Assembly (NCBI GenBank): GCA_964016885.1
Contig: OZ024750.1
Location: 18,724,001-18,788,000, forward strand
Direction: 5' to 3'
Length of the DNA stretch: 64,000 nucleotides
From: Eledone cirrhosa
Lineage: Eukaryota
Shown here: in pieces, positions 26,933-38,502 of the stretch
Position numbering within the stretch: position 1 is the first letter of the stretch
Layout: every line of letters starts with the position of its first letter
The notes under the pieces: model-generated
Database searches by the model: none
What the model was told of the DNA's origin: nothing
Seen by the model: the letters and a program-made list of their open reading frames with translations, nothing else
Made by a program: the position numbers and the translations under genes

Positions 26933-28483
26933 ATCATCATCATCATCATCATTTTACGTCCGCTTTTCCCTGCTTGCAAGGGTGGGACAGGTCTTATTCA
27001 GCACAGCATCTCTCCACTCGTCATGGTCCCTCGTCATCTCCACCGTGAGCTTCAATGATCTGAGGTCTGTTCTCACCACCTCCGCCCATGTTTTTTGTGG
27101 TCTACCTCTACCACGTCTTCCTTCAACTGGCATTTCCTGGCACTTCTTCACCCATCGGTCATCCTCCATGCGCATCACATGTCCATACCACCTCAGTCTC
27201 CTCTCCCGTACACTACATTCTATCCCTCTCAGACACAGTTTCTCTCTCAACACATTTATGCTGGGTCGTTCACGCACATTTACACTGCACATCCAACGGA
27301 GCATGCTTGCCTCATTTCTCTCCAGCCGTCGCATATCCTCTGCAGTTGCTGCCCATGTCTCACTACCATGCAGCATCGCGCTCCTCACACAGGCATCATA
27401 CAACCGGCCTTTCGTACGCAGGGAGAAACCCTTCTTCGTCAACAGAGGAAGCAGCTCCCTAAACTTCTTCCAACCCGTCCTTATTCTAGATACTATGGCC
27501 TCGGAACACCCTCCTCCCATGCTAATCTGATCTGCTAGGTACCGGAAGCTATCCACCACTTCTATAGCGCCCTCTCGCATTTGAAAAATGTGTCTATCAG
27601 TGCGACTTCTACTGTCTAACTTCCCTGTACATCTACTGCATACATATTTCTCCTTACCTGTTAGTTTGCCTTCTATCCCGCTACATCTCTTGTGTACCCA
27701 GGACCTGCATTGTGTGCATTTTATAGAATTTATGCCAGTTCCTTTTCTGCATATCGAACATGGCCATTTCCCTGACATAATCAGAGTTTTGTCCTCTTTT
27801 CTACTCATCAACACTTTTGTCTTAGCTAGATTTACTCTCAGTCCTCTTGCTTCCAACTGCTGTTTCCATAGCCGGAATTTATTCTCTAGCTCCTCTACTG
27901 ATTCTGCTATAAGAGCCAGATCGTCAGCATAGAGACGTTCCCATGGACAGCCAGTCTTAAACTCCTCTGTTATGGCTTGGAGGACTATAATGAACAAGAG
28001 CGGGCTGAGGACCGAACCCTGATGTACTCCTACTTATATCTGGAATTCCTCACTAAACTCCATTCCTACCCTGACTTTACTGAGAGTACTTCTGTACAAA
28101 GTTTGCAGTCCTCACAAGCCATTCCTCAACACCTAGCTTCTTTAGGGACCACCAGATGACAGATCGGGGTACCCTATCAAAGGCCTTCTCTAGGTCAACA
28201 AAGGCTAAGTATAGTGGCTTATTCTTCTCTAAGAACCTCTCTTGCATTTGTCTCACCAAGAAGAGGGCATCTGTTGTACTCTTCCCAGGCACAAAACCAA
28301 ACTGCATCTCATCTAGTTTGACCCTTTCTCTAATTAGTTGTGCTAAAATCCTTTCTGCCACTTTCATAACCTGATCTATCAGTTTTATACCCCTATAATT
28401 GCTCCTCTCCAAAGCATCCCCTTTACCTTTGTAGCAATTTATGAGAATACTGCTGCACCAGTCTTTGGGTATGACACCACCAT
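26932..28483 (-). mobile_element. RTE-clade LINE, 5'-truncated, RT region with one frameshift
   Basis: ORFs 28077..28412 (NYRGIKL, QFGF, FVDLEKAFD) and 26954..27997 (LYADD); (GAT)n tail; same family as 3890-4758. Confidence 0.95.
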
Positions 28484-28598
28484 CGTATTATATATATATA
28501 TATATATATAATTAGTTACAACAGTGACATATGCAGGTACTTAAGTTTTGTTGAGTTATATACCCCAACTCATTCAGCCTGTTATATAAAAAGATGGC

Positions 28599-28642
<44 letters not shown>

Positions 28643-29449
28643 TGGACGTTAAACGACGATGATGATATATATATAGGGTAGACAATAATAAAACATGGTT
28701 TATAGAAATATACTGGGTATGAAATGATTAGAATAATAATAATTGTTTTTACTTTAGGCACAAGGCCAGCAATTACCCAGTGCATTACTGGTACTTTATT
28801 TTATCGACCCCGTAAGGATGAAAGGCAAAGTCAACCTCATAATAATAGTAATGGAAAATATTTAATGTGCATGTAAATAATTGTACATCTGTACATGGTG
28901 GTGGTGGTAATGATATTAGTGGTGGAGATGGTTGTGATGGGAATAGTAGTGGTGGTGCAGCAATTATTTAATGTGAAATAATTGTTTTACATCTGCACAT
29001 GGTGGTGGTGGTGGTGGCGGCAGTGGTATTAGCAAAGTTGATGGTTGTGGTGGTGGTGGTGGTGGTGGTGGTATTAGTGGCAGTGATGATGGTGATGGCA
29101 GCGGTTTAGCAATTATTCAATGTGAATATAAATTGTATATCTGCACCAGATAGTGGTGACCATGTTGGTGGTGGTGATGGTTGTAGAGATACAGTAATTA
29201 TCTAATGTGAATATAAGTTGTTATACATCTACTTAATGGGGATAGTGTATAGGTGTTAGTAGTGGTGACGGCAATGTTAATAGTGGTGGTGGGAGATATA
29301 GCAATTATATAATGTGAATAAAAATTGTTGTACATCTACCTAATGTGTGATGGTGGTGGTGAAAGTACAATTATTATTAATGTAATCTGGTAGCAGTGAT
29401 GTTGGTGGATGTGGTGGTTATTTTAGTGTTGTTGTTGGTGGTGGTGGTG

Positions 29450-30220
29450 GTGTCATTGGTGACAGTTGTGTTGTTTGTAATGGTGGTGTCATTGGTGACA
29501 GTTGTGTTGTTGTTGGTGGTGGTGGTGGTTGGTCATTGGTGACAGTAGTGGTGGTGGTGGTGTCATTGGTGACAGTTGTGTTGTTTGTAATGGTGGTGTC
29601 ATTGGTGACAGTTGTGTTGTTGTTGGTGGTGGTGGTGGTTGGTCATTGGTGACAGTAGTGGTGGTGGTGGTGTCATTGGTGACAGTTGTGTTGTTGGTGG
29701 TGGTGGTGGTGGTTGGTCATTGGTGGTGGTGGTGTCATTGGTGACAGTTGTGTTGTTGTTGGTGGTGGTGGTGGTTGGTCATTGGTGACAGTAGTGTTGT
29801 TGGTGGTGGTGGTGTCATTGGTGACAGTTGTGTTGTTGTTGGTGGTGGTGGTGGTTGGTCATTGGTGACAGTAGTGTTGTTGGTGGTGGTGGTGTCATTG
29901 GTGACAGTTGTGTTGTTGTTGGTGGTGGTGGTGGTTGGTCATTGGTGACAGTAGTGTTGTTGGTGGTGGTGGTGTCATTGGTGACAGTTGTGTTGTTGTT
30001 GGTGGTGGTGGTGGTTGGTCATTGGTGACAGTAGTGTTGTTGGTGGTGGTTGGTCATTGGTGACAGTAGTGTTGTTGGTGGTGGTGGTGTCATTGGTGAC
30101 AGTTGTGTTGTTGTTGGTGGTGGTGGTGGTTGGTCATTGGTGACAGTAGTGTTGTTGGTGGTGGTTGGTCATTGGTGACAGTAGTGTTGTTGGTGGTGGT
30201 GGTGTCATTGGTGACAGTTG

Positions 30221-30251
<31 letters not shown>

Positions 30252-30310
30252 TCATTGGTGACAATAGTGTTGTTTGTGATGTTGTTGGTGGTGGTGTCAT
30301 TGGTGACAAT
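29450..30310. repeat. Minisatellite: core GTCATTGGTGACAGT plus variable (GTT/GGT)n
   Basis: Over 20 cores; a local 80-bp dimer period is shown by identical ORFs at 29748 and 29828; sits in an older GGT-rich array (28850-30660). Confidence 0.92.
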
Positions 30311-30420
30311 AGTGTTGTTATTAACAGTAGTAGTGATGTTGGTGCTGGTGTTGTAGGTGACACTGTTGGTGTTAGTAGTGGAGGTATTGGTATAGTGATG
30401 ATGGCAATTATTGTTGGTGA

Positions 30421-30458
<38 letters not shown>

Positions 30459-32148
30459 ATGTTGGAGTCACAAAAATTATCTAATGGAAATAACTGTGCA
30501 TGTGGTGGTTGTGATATTGATGGTAGTGATGTTGAGGACAATGTTATTGTCAGTGGTGGTGTTGCTGTTGTTGGAAGTAGTAGTCATGATGTTAGAGTCA
30601 CAATTATTTATTTTAAATAATTGCATATCTAGTGGTGGTGTTTGTGATGTTGTTGGGGATATTAACTGCACAACCATTATTCAACATGCTGCCTAGTTCA
30701 GGAATTGAAACCCATAACCACATGATCATGAGACAAACACCCTAACCACTAATCCACAAGCCTTCAGAATATAAAGGAAAAGTAATGTAGTAACTTTATC
30801 AAATGACAAGTGTTTCAGCACTCAAGTAGATTCCACACAGAATGGAAAATATGGCACTGGCATTACTCAATCTCTTACTCTTCTGGTGTTAGTGTTAGGA
30901 TGCTGGGGCTATGATCATAAGGTTGTGGATTTGATTCCTGGACTGAGCAGTGTGTTGTGTTCTTAAACAAGATGCTTCATTTCATGTTGCTTTTCATAAG
31001 ACTGGGGCCCCTATCATTAAAACACCCAAGATGCAACTTTGTAGAAGGCCAACTAAACCTGCACAGGAGTGAGCTGTAACAACAACCACTACCGCTGTCA
31101 ACTCAGCTCAGGGTTAACCCTTGCAACAGACTGTCATCTGGTCCTAGGGGAAGTCTTTTCTTGATAGACTGGGGCCTCTGTCATTAAAACACTTGAAACT
31201 AAATCTACATAGTTGTGCTGCAAAAATATAAACCATTTGCACCTAGTTGAGACACATCAATATTTGGTGAAAAGGCGCAAGGAGATTAATCTCTGGTTGA
31301 GTTAGCTACTCAATCCTGTTTTGAAACATAAGTATGGACATATGTGTATGGATGATGGTTGTTGGGCGAAGAAGTGTCAAGATTTCCCAGTGGAAAGAAA
31401 CTGCAGAAGAGAAAGATTGGGAGACATGATGCGTATGGCTAATGATCACTAGGTGAAAAAGTACAAGAAATTCCCAAGGGAAGGAAGCTGCAGAAGAGGA
31501 AGACCTGGGCAAAAGTGGTGAAGAGCTGATCTCAGAATGCTGAACCTCACAGAGATGACGAAGGAACACAATGAATGGGAGGAAAGTTGTGCAGAAGACA
31601 CATATGCAATCAGGAAAAAAAAAAAAATCAATGTAAAAATGAAAATGATGATGATGATGGTGGTTAGAATTATTTTATTTCAAGTATGTGTCACATGCAG
31701 CCTTGAGAAAAAGCATTTTAAAAAAATCAAAGCTTTCCGCTGCGATCCCTGTTATTAAAACATGACACCTCACACCTCTTTATCAGGAATCAATATTTGA
31801 CATAATTACATGTAATTCCATTAATAATAAGAAGCTATAAATATTATATTCTGTTTGTCATGTGTTAGAGTGTTACTTTACCAACCTTAACTATGGAATG
31901 GCATCAAGACAGAATCAACATTTTCAACAAAACCAAACAAGTTTGAGTCTAACGCTTTACTACTACATTAAACCACATCAGCAAGACATTCTTGGAAAGT
32001 ATAAAACAACACTTTGACTGCATCATCATCATCATCATTTTACGTCCGCTTTTCCCTGCTTGCAAGGGTTGGATGGGTCCTATTCTAAGAATTAACACAT
32101 AATGAAACAATGTTATGAAGATCCATAAATAAATAAATATAGGAATAC

Positions 32149-32175
32149 TTATAAAATGCAGAATTCCCATAGGTC
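32149..32175 (-). CDS. Candidate nested smORF, second coding part (DLWEFCIL*)
   Basis: TTATTTGCAG acceptor, phase 0, TAA at 32151-32149, followed by UTR-like sequence; unvalidated. Confidence 0.3.
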   Translation of the reverse strand, partial: DLWEFCIL

Positions 32176-33753
32176 CTGCAAATAATAATAATAATAGTAA
32201 TTGTTTCTACTTTTGGCACAAGGCCAGCAATTACTCCAGTGCATTACTGGTACTTTATTTTATCGACCCTGTGAGGATGAAAGGCATAGTTAACTTCTGC
32301 GGGATTTGAACTCAGAGCGGAAAGGGCCATAACTATGCTGCAAAGCATGATGTCTGATGCTCTACCGATATAATATTAATTATTATTATTATTATATTTC
32401 TTTTATTTGCCACAAGGGCACCAAATGAGGGACCATTACAAAGACTTGATACGTAAAGTGTGAAGGTTTATATAAAAATTAGATGAGAAAAGAAAAACCT
32501 TGGGTCATCGTAAACCATGTCAGATCTGTCAGATGGGACAGAGTCCACATTATGCTTACATACATTTTAAAACTTTACAGAGTGTACTAGGTTCGTTTTA
32601 CCATGGCAGCAGTACTAGGAAATTTGTCATTTTCTATGACATAACCAAAAAGTCATTTAAACCCTTTGTTTGGCAATTTTTATAATAATTATTAATATTT
32701 CTAACATTGGCACAAAGCCAACAATATAATAAAAAAAAATTGATTATTATTGACCCCAGTAGTTAATTGGTACTTTATTTTATCCATTTAACGATGAAAG
32801 CAATGTTGACTTAAGTGGTAATTGAACTCAGAACGTTATGGGCTGTAACTAAATACAGCAAGGCATAATAATAATTTTAATAATTGTATCTATTTTCGGC
32901 ACAAGGCCAGCAATTTGAAGGGAAGTGAAAGTCGATTAAATTGATCCCTGTGCATCACTGGAGCTTTACTTTATTGATCTCATAAGGATGAAAGGTAAAG
33001 CCAACCTCAGCGAGATTTGAACTCAGAATGTGAAGGACTATAACTATATGTTGCAAAGCATGTTATCCAACGCTCCACAGATACTAACAATCCACTGCCC
33101 TACAATAACAGGCCAGCTAAGAAGGCCAGCAATGTGAGGAGAGGTGTTAGTTGGTTGAATGCACCCACAGTACTTGAGAGGTACTTTATTCTATCAAGCC
33201 CTGAGAAGATAAAAGGCAATGTTGACCTCAGTACTTAAAGAGCAGAAACAAATAGTGCAAGACATTTTGTCCAAGACAATGTAGAGTAGAGATATCTTTA
33301 GTTGTGGTGCCGTGATAAAATGGACCCTGTACACTCTGTAAAGTGGTTGACAACCGAATGGAAACAATGTAGACTAGAGAGAGGGCTATTTAGTTTTGTT
33401 AAGGAGATAACTATCTCTCTTGTGTTAGTGCCATGAAGAAGTGCATCTTGATACTCTTTAAAGTGGTTGACAATCAAATACAATGTAGGGGAGAGAGGAC
33501 TGCTGTGTCAAGAACACAACCTCTCTAGTGTTGGTGTCCTGATGAAATACACCCACTACACTCTAAAGTGACTAATATTAGAAACTAAACTGGAACATAT
33601 GAACATGATGTGGTCTCTTGACCAGGCTAAGAGGGCCATAGACCACAATAAGAATTGGCTCAAACCAAAATGGTCCATCCAACCCATGCCAACAAAAATG
33701 GAGGAAAAATAATGATGCTTTATTCTTCTACCAATCTACTGGACACTTGTTAC

Positions 33754-33783
33754 CTTTACACCTCCCATGTGATATTTAGACAT
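33754..33783 (-). CDS. Candidate nested smORF, first coding part (MSKYHMGGVK)
   Basis: ATG at 33783, AAG|GTAACA donor in unique non-repeat sequence; unvalidated. Confidence 0.3.
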
Positions 33784-35141
33784 TTAAAAAAATATTTTAT
33801 CTCTTCAATCACACGAGTGTGAACACAAAACTCTTAATTTGCACTAGGAATTCTATCGGAAATTCAAAGGTAACATTCACCAAACATAGCATAGATGTTT
33901 TTAAAACAAAACACTTCAAAGGGGAATATGACCTAAATAGCTAAAGTGTATGTGTGTGTGCATACATATATAGACACACAAATATGCATGTATGTATACA
34001 TTTAGTAGACAGGATGGAAGTTTGGCTGGAAGAGAAAGGAAATGGCAACATAACTATGAAAAAGAACATTCGAATTATTTTGGGACGGCATAACAGCTTG
34101 TTCAAATAAATTTAACACATATTGTTCCACACTGTAAGTGTGGTTGGTGTTAGGAAGGGCATCCAGCTGTAAAAAAACCCAGCCAAATTTAGTTCCATCT
34201 AAGCAAGGTACGGCACGGCCAATCTGGCCAGACTTGTTGCATGACATGAACAACCCGTCTAACCCATGCAAGCATGGAAAATGGACATTAAACGGTGATG
34301 ATGATGATGTTCTTACAATTCCACCACAGAACCAATACAACTTTCATACATGCCAAACACTGTTCACTGCAAGTTTTGTTTATGTGGATTTCTCTAAAAC
34401 ATATGCTATCTTATATACATGTTGGTGTCCAATAAAATGCACTCAGAACATTCTGTGAAGTGGTTGGATATAGGAAGGGCATCCAGTCATAGGAAACTTG
34501 CCAAACAATGGGTCAGGAGGATTCTTTAGTTGTGTCACAACCACGAAGCATCCTCTCTCACGTGTATTGTTTCTGATCATCAACTATTTGTGCATGTGTG
34601 TGTGTATATATATATATATATATAAGAAGGGAGCTATTATTAGCTTTGATGCAATACAAATGGCCAGGTGCCTGACTCTAGAAGCACTCAAGTGTCCTTA
34701 TCTCAAGTCAAGTCAGTGGTATAACCACACAGCTATAATATATATATAACATTCTACTTGAGAACTGAGTTTTGTTTCTCCCGTTTGTACAGCCACACCT
34801 GTGTGTGTGTGTGTGTGTGTGTGTACACCCAAACGATTGCCAAGACAAAAAAAAAAAAAATCAAATAAATATTACAAGTAGCAAACTCTATATACATAAA
34901 ATAGTAACAATATGTACATGTATATATGTCTGTATGTATGCGTGTGCGTGTTTACGGCAAGAAATCACAGTTGATGGAAGCTGCAGTAGAAGACCTGAGC
35001 GGATGTGGTGAGGAGCTGATCTCAAATCACTGAAGCTCAGATGAGATGATGGAGGTATGCCACGCGTGGAAGGATGGTGGGAAAGCTCTGTCCAACATGC
35101 ACACATAGAAATGTGTAAAATGATGAAGATGATAACGATGG

Positions 35142-35188
<47 letters not shown>

Positions 35189-35249
35189 TATGTATAAAGA
35201 TTTGTAAACAAGAACGAAAAAGAACAATCTCCTTGATAGAAAGTGAATC

Positions 35250-38050
35250 AACGTATATCTTAGTGACCATTCTTTCGATAATCACTCTTTCTCTCTCCAC
35301 ACACAAACACACGATATGTGCGCGTGTTTGCGATAACTATCCATGTGTAAACAACACGAGGACAACAGGAAAAATTTAAACCACGATTAGCCTTTCTTGT
35401 GTAGAATACAAACACACATATATGTGTGTATATATACTACTTTATAATATAATCGAAAGTTATGTAGTAAAGTTATATAATCTTCATATACAATATATAG
35501 AGAATATAGTAGTGATCATATTTCATTAGGGCGAATCGAAGACTGTAAACATGCAATGGTGTTTGACTATATATAATTATATATACAATTATAATGCTGG
35601 GTTGTAGATTTATGGGTATAAAATTACTAATATTTACTGATGGGGTGACTCCTTTATGTAGCACATTTTGGTTGACTAATAACCTATATTTATAACTGGA
35701 TGAATCAGCCCTTGGCTAGGCGAAACTCCAGTACCACTCAACCAAGATACACACACACACACACATATATATATATAGAGAGAGAGAGAGACACACAAAC
35801 ATACACACACACTGATCGCTTCGTATATTTCATTGAAAAAAAACCAAAAACCTGGAAAATTGTTCCCATAGACAGATTTGTTTGTTTAGCTAGTTTCTAT
35901 AATTAAAATAAACCACTTTATTACACATTCTTATACAAGAAAGAAGCTGCGCATGTATTAACTATATCTTAACTGCGGGAATTTAAGCGTATTTAAATCT
36001 AGGAATACGCACACAGCGAACCAAGCAACTTAAGTGATCGTCATGACAAATGTTAAAAAAAAAAAAAAAATGTAGTTTGCTTGAAGAATTGTGTATAATA
36101 TATAAAAATTTTCATTGATCTCGAATGAAAAAAAAAAAATAATGAAAATATCGTGTTGGATTCACCGGATTCATTTCGCATGCTCCGTTCGTATATAACC
36201 GGTTGGTTGACTTAAGCATTGGGAAAACCGGGTAAATTAACTCTGGCTCCTCTGTCCACCATTTCCGTCACCAACTTTTATTTATAATGATCGACTAATA
36301 TTATAGTTATTTGCGTAGGGATGACTACATTTCAAATTTCATAGACACAGAAGCGATGTGGGGGGACCCTAACCAAACCTAACAGTAACGTTTAAATACA
36401 ATATGAATTCAGTAAATCAGACGAGAGATATTTTCATATTCTTCATTCGAGACCTATTGTCAATTATATTCCAACTTTGTTTATATACACATAAATATAT
36501 ACATACACACATATATACGTACGTACGAGCCGACGAAGGAACCTTAAACTTAACGTATCTACAATGAATACACAATGAATTCAGTGAATGGGGCGAGATA
36601 TTTTAATTTTCCTCATCCTAAGATCTATTGTCAATGTTACCCAAAGACGAGACAAGGGAACCCTAACCTAATGTGTATACACGCAATGAATGTTGTGTAT
36701 TGGACGAACTGTATTGTCAATTCCCTTCTCCCTCTCCCATATATATATATAAATATACACACACACTCACAGATGAGGCGACAAGAGAACCCTAACTTTA
36801 AGCCTAACCCTGACGTGTGTACGCAATGTGGTGAAATGGACGAGATATTTTCCATTTTTTCATTCGAGATCTATTGTCAATAATACCGCGACTCCCACAA
36901 AGCGTTTTTTTCTTTTTTCAATTATAAATTTAAAAAAGATTAGTAATCTAAAAACAGACCATGTTGCTGATTCCATTAATGTGTATATATATTCATACGC
37001 TGGCCTTGGGTAAATAACCGCTGTTCAAATGATATTATACCTGTTATATAACTAGGGTCAGTATAGGACTTATATAGGTTAATTTTTCGGTTGGCTCTTA
37101 TACTCTTCTTAAACTTGCTGTCCTCTTTCAGGTTAAGAAAATCTTGGACATTAAATACAAACACATTATATAAATATATATATATATATAATGTATATAT
37201 ATACGTTCATAATTAAAATTATATATTACCTAGCACGAAACGTGAAATCATGGAGAAATATATTTGTAAATAAATATTAAAAAGAAAACAACTAAGGTTT
37301 ATAACCTTGCGAATGAGATAAGACAGTTATATAAATATTTATACATAGATATATATACGGTATTTATATATGAAACTAGTGGAATGTTCATAAACGATGC
37401 CTTGACACCATTAATACAAAGCTTTATATATATACAACAAACAAGCAGGATTTTTATCGGTATGAATATATATATGAGTCAATAGACTCAAGGAGACATG
37501 ACAAGTGTGTTAAATAAAAAAAATGTATGAGATACTTACTTCTGTATAAAAATTACTAAAAGCTTCTTCAACGTTTTCAGTTGAACTTGATTCCGCCATT
37601 TTGGTAATGTGTTATTCTCCTGAAATAAGAAAGAAAGATAGGCAAACAGAGAGAGAGGAAGGAACGGGAGGAGGACAGAAAAGATACACAAAGAGAGATG
37701 GGGTGAGGGAGAGAGCGGAAAGGAGATTGGATGAAAAAAGGGGAAGAAGTAAATAAATCAGGGGAGATAATGCAGAACTGAAAGTAGACTAAATTTCTTT
37801 TTTATTTAGTTTTGTCTTATTTTTACATGTTTGTTGTTTTTTTACTTTCGATTTTAAGATTTCTTCCCACTAACACCACTACCATCATCACCAAAACCAC
37901 CACCAGCACCACTGCTATCAACCCCACTACACCACAATCACCATCACCGTCGCCACCATCACCTTTTACATACATTTCATATACATCAATGATTCTGAAC
38001 ACGCGGCGCATGCTCCACAGGAGAGGGGGGGCGCGATTCAAGTATTTTAG
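35250..38050. promoter_or_regulatory. CpG-retaining promoter-like region at the DNAJC8 5' end
   Basis: CG dinucleotides are visibly more frequent than in flanking intron. NRF1-like (G)CGCATG motifs near 35950, 36180 and 38007; ETS-like CGGAA on the minus strand near 36265. Confidence 0.5.
37540..37599 (-). CDS. DNAJC8: DNAJC8 coding exon 1 (MAESSSTENVEEAFSNFYTE)
   Basis: ATG in aaaATGG context at 37599, donor GAA|GTAAGT, phase 0. 'EEAF..FY.E' matches the DNAJC8 N-terminus. A CAG acceptor at 37620-37622 with a pyrimidine tract suggests an upstream non-coding exon. Confidence 0.92.
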
Positions 38051-38502
38051 GGAGACAATAATAGACATTTTAATGGGTGTTATTATTCCATATTTTGGTG
38101 GAGGGAAGGTAAATTTCTAAATTTTACCTTAAATATTTTTAACACCAATCATCATCATTTAACGACAATTTTCCTGGCTAACAAAGGTCATTGAAAAAGA
38201 AGGAGAGAGATGGGTCATAACATTTTTTTTAGGTGTTGTGATGGGGCATGGAGCCAAAAACATGGTTAAGAACCATTGATGTATATCATTGATACTGGCA
38301 AAGCTTGGATTAATTTAGGGCAATTTAGATATTTTAGCCATTCAAAAGCACAAAAACTTTACTTGATTTTACATTTATCATTTGTTTTTTCTTGGAACTG
38401 TGTCAGTACGATGTCAATTTTGGCAGCAAGAAATAAAGGAAGAATGTAAAATGAATTTAACAATTTTTGTGTATTTTTCAATAGCTAAAATATTTCTACA
38501 TG

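Larger units (their letters stand above)
1501..37599 (-). other. DNAJC8: DNAJC8 gene span (9 coding exons, 723 nt CDS, 240 aa J-domain co-chaperone)
   Basis: Hand-spliced protein MAESSSTENVEEAFSNFYTE-VKEIEKRDACLTSKEQIDRLTRPGSTYFNLNPFD-VLQIDPD...HPDKNQDD...WQKNYEESR...FRPPKHKAEQR* is colinear with remembered metazoan DNAJC8. All introns are GT-AG and phases are consistent. Confidence 0.96.

Noticed and set aside
26922-28374. Plus-strand ORFs overlapping the RTE (also 46027..46755, 59583..59807, 63438..63755)
   Set aside because: Antisense shadows of real coding sequence
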